NCBI RefSeq assembly: GCF_001194135.2
Contig: NC_068987.1
Span: 86,483,362 to 86,535,211, forward strand
Origin: Octopus bimaculoides
Lineage: Eukaryota
Direction of reading: 5' to 3'
DNA: 51,850 bases
Below the pieces are notes generated by a model. That model made no database searches, was not told where the DNA came from, and saw only the letters and a program-made list of their open reading frames with translations. Within the stretch, counting starts at the first letter, position 1. Every line of letters starts with the position of its first letter. Of this stretch, positions 13,044 to 24,650 are shown piece by piece. Both the position numbers and the translations under genes were made by a program.

Positions 13044-13178
13044 CATAAAAAACATTCGCTTGATGTTCAAATTCCTATGAAGGAACCTTGGATCTAGGTT
13101 AGAAACCGGTTCTTTCTCTATTGGAAAGAAATCTTGAAATAAAACTGAATAATTACACAGGCACACACACACACACAC

Positions 13179-13211
<33 letters not shown>

Positions 13212-13917
13212 CTAGTGGGATATATGTGCGTCCTATATTATGTCCAATTATATGTGGACACTCACAAACACACATATGATATCAAATAGTATGCCAGATC
13301 CATTTTCTCCATCAAATAGATTGTAATGTCAATTAGCACAAACTGTGTATATTTCTGTAATTACGTCTATGCTACAGCCCAATATACATATTTCAGCTAA
13401 TTCACAGATCATATATGATCAGATATTCATTTACAGTTTTCATTTTAGGCTTTCATCTACGTTATCAATCAACATGAAAACATGAAGTTGTATTATAGCC
13501 ATACCAGAAATTGGCTGGGAACTTTATGTAGAACTGTGTGAAAGATAAATAGGACATAAGCTAATTGATATGGAAGGCCCATCTTGTTATGAATTTATAG
13601 TTGGCAATTTTCACTCATAACTATTAGATGCTAAAATGGCAAACAACTCATATTTGACAAAGAATGAATTATCGGATGTAGAAAGAGAGAGACAGGTATA
13701 TGTGCTATCATGCATCACACACGCATACGTTCGTAGACATATAGATGCATATGTATTTATATGCATATAGATACAAACTCAGCGACTACTTGCACACAAA
13801 CACATAAACACAATTAAAGTGAAACACTTAGAACGAATGAATAGGCACCCATACATGGAGAGTGACAGACACTCAGGAAAGATTAGATAAAGAACGATAC
13901 CTTGATGCGTTAGGAAA

Positions 13918-13948
<31 letters not shown>

Positions 13949-15014
13949 NNNNNNNNNNNNNNNNNNNNNNNNNNNNNNNNNNNNNNNNNNNNNNNNNNNN
14001 NNNNNNNNNNNNNNNATACATATATACATATATTTATATTTTTATATTATACGTTATGCATCATATATTATTTATACATACACATATACTTATACATTTT
14101 TCATGTACTCGCAAACTCACACATCCACACACACACATATGTCTCTCTCTCACTCCTTCTCACTCTCTCTTTCTTTCTCTCCCTCATTCTCTCTATATAA
14201 ATATAAGTGAACACTTGCATAAATATAGATTTGGAAAGATTGATACTCACATGGACATCGTGTGTATTATTCCTGGCATTAAATCAAATATTCCGTGTTG
14301 ACTTAACTAAATAAGGGAAATTCTCTTTCATCAGTTTCCAGATATTTCCTAAAAGATCACAAAATCGATTGATTTTTACATCAAATAAGCTGACGCACAA
14401 ATTAGCTCTGGAGCAATTTAAAATATTTACGTTGCAAGTTTTAAAAGCTTTCTGCTTACTTGTCAGTAAATATGTTCCCTCCAAATACATTTCCGTTATC
14501 CATATTTGCCGGAAGCTGAAATATTTCTGACATATTTCCGTATAGTGGTTTGGAATACGAATATATATGTCTATAGTCATCAATAACCGATCAAATACAA
14601 AATAAAAAATTCTTCTATCTATCTGCCAAATGGGCATTTAAAGTTTCTTTGCAAACAATTTTACGTGTTACCTATTTTCAAGCACACTTTCTAAAATCCA
14701 AAATAGTAAACTTTGTATATTATTCCCACTAATCCAAGCATATATTTAATCCGGGTATATATTTTGTCGATTTCATGCCCTGACATGTTATTTTGTTGGC
14801 CAATAGGGAATAAAATGTATGAAGAACCACAGAGTAAACATGCAGTCTATGTCTAACCTTATCTGATTTTCCTGTTAAATGTACCTCTGTAGTGCTCTGT
14901 GGAGTAGGTACGAAGAAAGAATTTCAACCTTGCTAGTTGTAAAAGTTCATCGTATACACATGCTTACGTCTGCCTGAGCCTGTGTGCACGGTGGCTATAT
15001 AACATATAATTAAT

Positions 15015-15176
15015 TACATCATTTACATTATTTACATTCGACGGATATTTGTCCTTATCTTGTTTGTCGTTAACATAACGTTCCGGCTGATATAGCCTCC
15101 AGTCTTCTTCAGGTGTCTTGGGAAAATTCTGAACCTGGGTTCTCATTCCTAAGGTATTCTTTGATGTTGTTGTTGT
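15015..15176 (-). mobile_element. Penelope pLTR-like / hammerhead-bearing repeat, left arm of an inverted pair
   Basis: Its reverse complement aligns with 15410-15568. It carries a mutated core CTGAAGA...CAGCC-GGAAC-GTT. Confidence 0.75.
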
Positions 15177-15203
15177 TGTTGTTCTTATTATTATTACTAT
15201 TAC

Positions 15204-15237
<34 letters not shown>

Positions 15238-15240
15238 GTT

Positions 15241-15315
15241 CAGGTCACTGCTTGGAATCGAACTCGTAATCTTGGGGTTAGTGGCCCGCGCTCTTAACCA
15301 CTACGCTATATGCCC
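15241..15315 (-). mobile_element. tRNA-derived SINE head (Pol III A and B boxes)
   Basis: Minus strand reads GGGCATATAGCGTAGTGGTTAAGAGCGCGGG...GAGTTCGATTCC, with A-box TAGCGTAGTGG and B-box GTTCGATTC. The acceptor and T stems do not pair, so it is not a tRNA gene. Confidence 0.75.
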
Positions 15316-15326
15316 GTGGGATGAAC

Positions 15327-15407
<81 letters not shown>

Positions 15408-15409
15408 AA

Positions 15410-15568
15410 ATAACAACATCGAGGAATACCTTAGGAATGAGAACCGAAGTTCGAAATTTCCCCAAGACACCTGATGAAGGCTGGAGGGTATATCAACTGA
15501 AACGTTGTGTTAACAACAAACAAGATGAGGGCAAATATCTGTCGAATGTAAATAATGTAAATAATGTA
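15410..15568 (+). mobile_element. Penelope pLTR-like / hammerhead-bearing repeat, right arm of an inverted pair
   Basis: Inverted copy of 15015-15176, preceded by (AAT)n and ending in AATGTAAATAATGTA. Confidence 0.75.
15466..15511 (+). ncRNA. Minimal type I hammerhead ribozyme motif
   Basis: Stem I GACAC/GTGTT; CTGATGA; extra A; stem II GGCTG/CAACT (one mismatch; the other copy has CAGCC); GAAA; palindromic ACGT stem III; GUU cleavage triplet. Confidence 0.65.
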
Positions 15569-16139
15569 CATAATTCCTCATCTCTTAAATATAGAACTAT
15601 ATAATTAAATAATATATAAATTAATTTATAAAACAATATGAAAAGCTTAATACAACAAACTGTAATACAAATCTTAATAACTGTTTTTATGTTTGACCTC
15701 TTATGTGATTAGGTGGCAGTTAATGAGTGTTTACGTGTTTGTGTTCGGAGTTGAAATATAATTATTGTAAAATTCCTATTGTACACATCCTAGATTGATT
15801 GTAGTAGTTAAATGCTGGAGATTTTATAATCAAAAATAGCTTACTTGAGAACGGGTGTCTGTTAGATGATAACATGCATTAAGGACCTTATCGAAGTTCT
15901 TGAAAACCAAGTTACTTTTTCTTTTTTTTTTTCCTTTTCCTTAAATGACTTCACTAACAAAATACAATATATATGTACATGACATGGAAAAAGGACATCA
16001 TTGGTTTGTGGACATGTGTTGAAAAACTAATTTTGTTTGCCGGACAAATCTAACTTTCAGACGAATATTTCGTAAAATTGATATCTCCATTGGACATGGA
16101 ACGGCAGCTGATTTCTCTCTCCTTAGTTGTCATCCTAAG

Positions 16140-16350
16140 GAATTATTTGGCGGATTCATCTAAAAATGTCTTAAGACAGGTTCCACTCTGGCCAAAATAA
16201 ATACAAATTCTTCAAATACCACTTGAAGAGAATGTTCAAGATGTGAATAAATTATTGACAGATTGATTTGAGTCCTTCGTGTGGTTTCCCTTGAAGTATC
16301 CAAAATGGTTTGTCCCGCTTTTGAGGAATCCATCATTTTCTTATATTTTG
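16140..16350 (-). mobile_element. Possible highly degenerate Penelope GIY-YIG fragment
   Basis: Minus-strand SSGI*RICIYFGQSGTCLKTFLDE resembles GIY..I....YIGQSGR.L.TR..E. The match is weak. Confidence 0.3.
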
Positions 16351-16549
16351 TTCCTGTTGAATTTCTAATTTTTATTTCAATATCCTTTAATTTTGCACAC
16401 CTCTGTTTTCTCGATGTAAACACCACTGTATTGTGTTTGTATTTTTCTCCATATTGTCATCAGTACTTATGGACAATAAAATAACGAATCCTCCTCCTCA
16501 TTATCATCATCATCAGTTTAATCAGCATCATTATTATCATTATCATTAA

Positions 16550-16748
16550 GGCGGCAAGCTGCTAGAATTGTTAGCATGCCGGGAAAAAAAAGCTTAGCAG
16601 CATTTCGTCGGTTTTTACGTTGGAAGTTCAAATTCCGACGAAGTCGACTTTGCCTTCTATCCTTTTGGGGTCGATAAATTAAGTACCAGTGAAACACTGG
16701 GCCCATGTAATCAACTAGTCCCCTCCTCCCCTCAAAAAATTTCGGGCA
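16550..16748 (+). mobile_element. tRNA-related SINE (GGCGG..AGCTGGCAGAA family)
   Basis: Shares GTTCAAATTCC...GTCGACTTTGC...GGGGTCGATAAATTAAGTACCAGTGAAACACTGGG with the copies at 21809 and 34877. Confidence 0.85.
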
Positions 16749-17480
16749 TTAGAATGTATTATTGTCAGGATCATTATTGATAATATTATGAATTGCTCAT
16801 AACCTTATTTCATACACGCCACTGCATTACCGAAAGAGGCGTGTGCATCTTTGTGTATTTGCAGTGACTTGGTTTGGTTTCGCAGTTTCTGTTGCATTGA
16901 AAGTACTAAAAATATTATGTGTGCAATTTCGAATAGTGAGGCTTTCTGTTTATTGTGCATAATCGGAAGGCCGAGAGATATAATTCTGTATTTACCTCTA
17001 TGCTTAATTACTAGGCACCTATTCTATGAAGTTTGACTTACTATTAAATATCCGTTCGGTTTTTCCTAATCCTTATCTACATATTTTGAGCGTTTCCAAA
17101 AATATTTTTAGGATATATTCTTGTCTTTGGGCACTGATACTCTCTTAGGAATCCTGGATTTCAATACCTCAATCGATTTACTTTGATCTGCAGATTTGTG
17201 TTTATTGTCATATTCGAGATTACTGTGATTTTCGCATTCTCTAAGATTTTTCAGATGTATTCATATCGATTCTTTGATCTCTGTATTTTGGGATGTTGGC
17301 ATTATTTTTAAAAGAACTGTTTTTATTGTGTCGATGTGTTTATTAATGTTTATTAATGTTAATCCACAAGACTATATGTTAAGTAAATACATATACACAT
17401 ATATGCACATACACACATACCCATGCACACGCACACATACACACGCACACACACATGCATGTATATATATATGTGTGTCT

Positions 17481-17575
17481 AGCTGTGTTGTAAGACGTTT
17501 ACTTCCAAACCATATGGTTCCGGGTTCAGTCGCAGTGCGTGGTACCTTCGGCAGATGTGCTGTGCTATACTCTCG
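17481..17575 (+). mobile_element. tRNA-derived SINE head (GGCTGTGTnGTAAG family)
   Basis: GCTGTGTTGTAAG...GGTTCCGGGTTCAGTCGCAGTGCGTGG, with a B-box-like GGTTCAGTC. Confidence 0.7.
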
Positions 17576-17578
17576 GTT

Positions 17579-17642
17579 CCACGCAGTGGGACTGAACCTA
17601 GAACCGTGAGGTTAAAAACAATCTACGAACCACACACAGCCA
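17579..17642 (-). mobile_element. Inverted copy of the same SINE head
   Basis: Reverse complement reads GGCTGTGTGTGG...GGTTCTAGGTTCAGTCCCACTGCGTGG. Confidence 0.7.
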
Positions 17643-19695
17643 AGTCTGCATCTACATATGCGTGTGTTTGTGTGTGCGTGCGTGCACATGTGTATGTGTG
17701 TGTATGCGTGTGCACATGTGTATGCGTGTGTATAGATATACATATGTGTTGGCGAAAGTGTGTAAGGATAAATAGATATCCCAGAACTTCTTACGCGAGT
17801 ATGTATATATATATATATATATATATGTATATCTGTGTATGTTTGTGTTGTTCGTTACTCTTGTAATTTACCTTTGTGACGATCGATATATGACTGCGTA
17901 GGCCTGAATTAATATTATTAATTATTATTAACATATTATTCACTTTGAAGAATACTTCATTTAATATCACGTACGATCATTGATATCGAGATGCATTTAT
18001 CCGGCAGGCCTTAAAACATCATACATCAGCATGGCACTGCCTACCTAGAAGTATATTATCCAAGTGTTAAACTGGATCTGTGTTAATATTAGGTCAATTG
18101 TGATGCATATCATGTGGTAATGTATAAATTACATTTTTGGTCTCCAAGGTTGTTTTAGCTTAATTTTGTAATCCCTTTGGAACAAACTCGACCGGAAGTA
18201 TTATGAAGGGCCTCCCAACCTACCCATGTTTTTCAGCCAAATTGATAATCAAATTTCATGAATTATTATGTAATTTGAGCTAGATTTGGACATCATTTCC
18301 CATTGATTAAGTGTCTATATAAAATTTTCCATTTATGGATGGAATTTCTAAGTTTTGTTCTAATTAATCCTATATGCACCTAAAAAATATAGCACGCGTA
18401 TATATAATCCCAAAAGGATTCGAATGCAACTCAAAATCCTGGTTTACAGGAATTCCAACCGTTTCAAACAAGTCTTCTTCGAAAGAGAATATAATTTTCC
18501 TTTCACTTTCAGTCTATGAGAAGATAGCCAGAGTGAAGAATAAATGACAGAGGTAGTATTTGCAAATATGTGTGAGAGGAATAATTTTCACAGAGGAAAA
18601 TTTGCGGAAAAGAGCACAAGTATTTAAGAGATAATATGGAACGAGCAAGATAGGTTTGAACGAGAAGGAAAAGTGACTCAGAAATGCAGTGATATTTTTT
18701 GATTGTGACCGCGCCTACAAAATTGTTCTTAGAAATATTTACTTATAGATTTATACACATAGTAGGAACATGGTCAGTCTTATATGTACAAATCTCTTTT
18801 CGTGACGAATGCGCACGACGCATGTGTAGCCATTTTCAACCTACTTGACCAATTTAATCGGTTCTTTGTCGTCAGCATGTACACGCAGTACAAGGCATGA
18901 AACCCCGAATAAAAGAGAGGAAAAAAACAGAAAGTCTCATCATATTCTGCCCTGTAACATCTTTTCACCCAAAACTTCAACGACACTTTTCCCTTCGAAC
19001 TTTATAATCCTAGAGGCTTTTACTATATACGCGTAATAATTAATAGCATTTTTAATTTCATTTTGGCCAAATTTCATTTAGTTTCAGGATTATCGATTCG
19101 TGTTTCTGGGATCGAATGTTAAATCATCCAGAAAAAAACATCGTCCATTATATGCATATTCCCGGGTATGTGTGCAGTGAGTGTCTTCGTACGTACGATT
19201 GTGCGGTTGTTCATGCTTATCTGTGCGACTGTCTCTGGAATTTTGCGGTACATCTCGTTAGGTTCATAACGACAACAATACTTCTAGTCTTATACATACA
19301 CACACAAGAACACATGCACACTCACATATAAACATTGTGAGTTTCTATTATAGGTCCGCGCCAATTAAAGCCTCATGAGCGTATTTTGTAGCTGCCATAT
19401 ATATATATATATATATATATGTGTGTATGTTGCGTATCTGTATGTCTAACTGTCCAGGTTTGTGTTTCGCTTCCAACACTACTGGACTGTCTGTGTTGGT
19501 TTCTTTACGTCCGTGTAAATTAGTGGTTCATCAAAAAAGGGAGGCAAAAGAAGCAGCATGGCCGAAGTAAATTGACTGAAACGAGCACGCGATAAAGATA
19601 TGATATTTCGTTTGTTTTTATTTTTTACATTGAACGGTAATGTCAAGGATGTGCAAGATGCACTTTTACTATTATTATTATTATTATTATTATTA

Positions 19696-19744
<49 letters not shown>

Positions 19745-19904
19745 AATAAGAAGAGTGCAACTATTACCGAATTAATAATATTTCGACTTCTCGTGTGTCT
19801 TCCACAAGTTCAAAATAAACATCTCAATGGATTTCATTTCGATAGTAGTCTCACTCTTCTTATTGTTTCTTTACTTTGTGGAGGAGAAACATCAATACTT
19901 TAAA

Positions 19905-19964
<60 letters not shown>

Positions 19965-20966
19965 CATTATTATTATTATTATTATGTTTATAAACTCGTC
20001 TCGGGTCCTATATGGGCGTATATTGTTACAGGTTTGGATATACTACAGACATTTTAAATTGATATGCGATGAAATTGTGGAGCGCCAAAGTTGCATCATT
20101 TATATTATCAAATCCGGTTTACATAATATTATATTCCATTAAAATTGATGTTTACCATTAATCTTTAATATGTCTTTAAAATTAGATAGAAGAATATCAT
20201 TTGCTATTTCTCTACTAATCGACATTTTTTTCTTTTTTATTTCTTAATTTGTCTTCCAATCATGGCTATACAGATTTAGAGGAATGAATTGATGCCAAAT
20301 TTGAGATAGTGAACTGAAAAATTTTCATTCAATCATTTTATGCATACCGCTGCAGGGATTTCACTGCACGATGTCGCCTATGTTTATAATTTGTTTGTCA
20401 TCAAATTGTCTGTTTTGTTATATATAAACACATTTCGCAGTATGGTTTTAAAGAGCTTCTATAGACTGTCCATATTTTCTTGCAACTTAAAACTTCCTAT
20501 CATTTAATATTTTGTTGAAGAAAATTGTTTATTACTAATGGTATTTCAAATTAGTTCACAAAACTCAAGAACAATTATGAAATTGCTTTCGAAAAGAATT
20601 ATGCATACGTTCCATAACTAATAGATCACCGTTATACACAGTTTGTGTCAGACTAAAATAGAATTATACTATGTCAAAGAAAATGGGGAAAATAATATAT
20701 CTAAAGTATGTATTTGCCTCGTAGAATGTTATCTGTGTCTGACAAAATTATTTTTTCTTATATCATTCTATAAAATATTTTTCATCAATTATTAGTCTGT
20801 GACGGCCGCCATGTTTCATTCGCTCCCGTAGATGTATGCTGTACGTATGAGAGAGGGGTCCAAAGTACAAGTTGTGACCTATGTATTTTTATTTTTTCTG
20901 AAACGGAGTCTTTCGCAACTTGATTTTCACGCCATTGCGACCACCTGAAGATCACAGTTTCTGTTT

Positions 20967-20967
<1 letters not shown>

Positions 20968-21056
<89 letters not shown>

Positions 21057-21110
21057 ACTCACACACACACACACATACACACACACCCACATACACAAAC
21101 ACACTTACAG
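20968..21110. repeat. (CA)n microsatellite
   Basis: Direct. Confidence 0.95.
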
Positions 21111-21324
21111 ACACAGGCATACGCATATATATATTATATGTTTGTGTGTGCCCATATATATATTCGAAAGCAGCAAAAATGTGATCTAATTAATATTTTA
21201 TCGTTTAATTAAGGAAATGACTTCCAATGTACAAATATGCAACTTGGGGTACATACTAATATGGTATTCTAATTCATAGTAGAAGAGGTACTTTGTGTCG
21301 CAGAAAGCTTAATCATTCTCCTTT

Positions 21325-21485
21325 GATCTAGGTGTTTCATTCACTAATAATGCAGAATTGAGAGCTTGGCTGGATCAATTTTTCGAGTCAAATCGGATGA
21401 TTTCTAACAACGATGTTTTGAAAATCTTGTTGTACGTTGGTAAGAAGCTGTAAACAGCAGTGGTAAATACATTATTGATTAATTA
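21325..21485 (+). mobile_element. mariner transposase C-terminal relic
   Basis: GVSFTNNAELRAWLDQFF(frameshift)SKSDDF*QRCFENLVVRW*EAVNSSGKYIID* matches the mariner terminal consensus (F.N..E...W...FF.SK...F...G...L..RW..V....G.YI). Confidence 0.75.
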
Positions 21486-21554
21486 TTTATTGTTTTTTAT
21501 TAACCCTTTAAAAAAAAATCAATTTAAAAGAACGGCGAGTAATTAGTTACCAAC

Positions 21555-21586
<32 letters not shown>

Positions 21587-21694
21587 NNNNNNNNNNNNNN
21601 NNNNNNNNNNNNNNNNNNNNNNNNNNNNNNNNNNNNNNNNNNNNNNNNNNNNNNNNNNNNNNNNNNNNNNNNNNNNNNNNNNNNNNNNNNNNNN

Positions 21695-21740
<46 letters not shown>

Positions 21741-21808
21741 GACAGACAGACATACAGAAATAGATAGTTAGATATATAGATATACAGATATATAGATATA
21801 CATTTCAA

Positions 21809-22043
21809 GGCGGTGAGCTAGCAAAAACGTTAAAACGCCGGACGAAATGCTTAGCGGTATTTCGTCTGTCTGTACGTTCCGAGTTCAAATTCCAATGAGG
21901 TCGACTTTGCATTTCATCCTTTCGGGGTCGATAAATTAAGTACCAGTGAAACACTGGGTTCGATGTAATCGACTTAATCCCTTTGTCTGTCCTTGATTGT
22001 CCCCTCTATGTTTAGCCCCTTGTGGGTAATAAAGAAATAAAAT
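21809..22043 (+). mobile_element. tRNA-related SINE, near full length
   Basis: Same family as 16550 and 34877, with a 3' tail ...GGGTAATAAAGAAATA. Confidence 0.88.
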
Positions 22044-22364
22044 AGATATATAGATAGATGTGCATGTGTAAGTTTATGGGTGAATAGAATACTAGTTTGT
22101 CGATATATTCTTGTATTTATTTATTACTTTCCTAGGAGTGTTTCGGTAGACATAAAATCTGAAATATAAAGGAAATACTTTATTCACAGATTATAGCACC
22201 GAACCGCCAGAAGTAACATAAAATACGAAGAGAATGATTCGGACAGCATCAAGATGCTGGCAACTCGGCTGGTGTGAATGTTATTACATACGTAATGTTT
22301 TCGGTGACTAAGCAGGCTCTGTTGATGATGTTTAATGTTATGACTTTATGAGGTACATATATCC

Positions 22365-23276
22365 TCATCACCATCATCATCGCTTAACGTCTGCTTTCCA
22401 TGCTGGCATGGGTTACATGGCTTGACTGAGAAATGGCAAGCCGGGAGGCTGCACCAAGCTCAAGTCTAGTCTGGCAAGGATACTACAGCTGGATGCCCTT
22501 CCTAATGCCAACCACGCTGAGAGTGTAGTGGGTGCTTTTTACGTGCCACCGGCACGAGAGTAAATTAGGCGGCACTGACATCGGCCACGTTCGAATGGTA
22601 CTTCTACATGTCACTGGTACGGCTGCCAGTCAGGCGGCACTGGCATTAGCCACGGTTGAATTGTGCTTTATACGTGTCACTGGTATGGGTACTAGTCAAG
22701 CCGCACTGGCATCGGTCACACTCGAATGGTGTTTTTTACGTTGCCAGTCAGGCGGTAATGGCATCGGCCACCACTACGATTTCACTCTGTTCAACAAGTC
22801 TTCAGAAGCACGCCATACCACCTAACGATTGAAGGGAGCTTATAGGGGTCAGTTATGAGACACTGGCATCGGCTAAAACTGCGATTGCACTTGGCTTGAC
22901 GGGTCTTCTCAAGCACAGTATATCTGCAAAGGTCTCGGTTGCTTGTCATTGCCTCTGTGTGGTCCAGCGTTTGAAGGTCGTGCTTCCGACCTCATCCAAT
23001 GTCTTCCTGGGTCTACCGCTACCACAGGTTCCCTCCACTGTTAGGGTGTGATATATCTTCACACAGCTCTCCTCATCTATGCGCATCACATCACCATATC
23101 ACCGCAGTCATATTTCTAGCACACCACACATGATGCTTCTTATGTCCAACTTTTCTTGCAGGGCGCTTACACTCTGTCGTGCATCCAAACTAACAATACA
23201 CATCCAACGGAGCGTACTAACTTCATTTCTTTCAAGCCTACGCATGTTCTCACTAGTCACAGCCCAAGTTTCACTG

Positions 23277-23278
<2 letters not shown>
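22365..23278 (-). mobile_element. RTE-clade LINE 3' end with (GAT)n tail
   Basis: CSETWAVTSENMRRLERNEVSTLRWMC...LR*YGDVMRIDEESCVK...VEGTCGSGRPRKT is the classic RTE ORF C-terminus. The 3'UTR has ~65-bp imperfect tandem repeats and the tail reads CATCATCAT on the + strand. Confidence 0.88.
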
Positions 23279-23330
<52 letters not shown>

Positions 23331-23704
23331 NNNNNNNNNNATACTGTTTGATTCCTCCATCCATCTCTAAATCCCCTTTCCTCCCCTCCCTCCTTCACCG
23401 TTTTCTACCTGCCTCTGTCTCTCTCCCTCTTTCTCTTTTTCCTTGTCTCTTGTTGCTTACACGTGACCATCGTCCATATTTCTTTTCCTTACATGACCAT
23501 CTATCTTTTCACGTAAGGATATTTAAAAGACCGTACGTGTTTTTTTCTCTTTCGTGGGATGGGGAGTCGCTGATGCGATAGCAGGATGTGTGAGGAAAAT
23601 TTTCTAGAAATAGAGAGTTAATTAAGAGCAATACTAAAATAAATTTCAAGTGTACACTACAACAAGTATTGGGTAATTATCCTGTTTAATATTGCTTTGA
23701 AGAT

Positions 23705-24650
23705 TTGAGACAAAGCTATCAACTTTTAATGGAGAGTTAAGTCGATTATATCGACTCCAGAGCTTAATTGGTACTTATTTATTCGACTCCGAAAGAATGA
23801 ATGGTACTTCAACAGAATTTGAATTCAGAACATAAAGACGGTTGGAATGCCGCTAAGCATCGACTCTAGCGTTCGATTGGTACTTATTTTATCGACCCCG
23901 AAAATAATGAAAGGCAAATTTAACTGAGACAGATTTTGAACCCAGAAGTAAAGAGGGAGGAACTGCCGCTATGTAGTTTTTCCAGAAAGCTAAGAGTTCT
24001 GCCAGCTCGCTGCCATTCTTCAAATTAACAATGCTTTTTACTATAGGGACAAGACCTGAAATTTAGGGAAAGAGGTTATTCGGGTACATTGTCCTCAATA
24101 TTTGACTACTTCATTTTTCATCGATCCCGAAAAGATGAAAGGCAGAGTGGACGACAGCGGAATTTGAACTCAAAACGTAAAGATGGACGAGAAATGCTGC
24201 TAAAAATTTTGACCGACGTTTCTAAAGTTTCTGCCGGTTCACTACTTTATTTTCAGTTTAATATTAGTTTCAAATTTTTGCACAAGGCTAGCGATTTCGG
24301 GGGCGGGGTGTCATCAGCGGTTACATCAACCCCAGTATATAAACACGGCTGAAATAGGGCTAAGCATCGACTCCAACGTTCCACCCCAAAAATAATGAAA
24401 GGCAAAATTGACCGAGGTGGATTTTGAACCCGGAACGTAAAGACAGACGAACTGTTTGCCCAGAAAGCTAACGGATCTGCCAGTTCGCTGTCTTTCTTCA
24501 AATTAACAATGCTTTATACTATTTTATCGACCCCGAAAGGATGAAAGGCAAAGACGACCGCGCTGGAATTTGAACTCAGATTGTAAAGACGAGTAAAATA
24601 CCGCTAAGCATTTTACCGCCGTGCTAACCATTCTTCCACATCGCCGCCAT
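23705..24650 (-). mobile_element. Head-to-tail array of about five SINE copies or fragments
   Basis: ATCGACCCCGAAA..ATGAAAGGCAAA...GGAATTTGAAC.CAGAA.GTAAAGAC (reverse complement of the 21809 SINE core) recurs near 23780, 23890, 24120, 24385 and 24525. Confidence 0.85.

Noticed and set aside
15241-15315. tRNA gene
   Set aside because: A and B boxes are present but the acceptor and T stems do not pair; it is a SINE head.
20805-20816. GCCGCCATGTTT (YY1 motif and perfect Kozak context)
   Set aside because: The ATG frames stop within 6 codons on both strands and there is no other promoter evidence.
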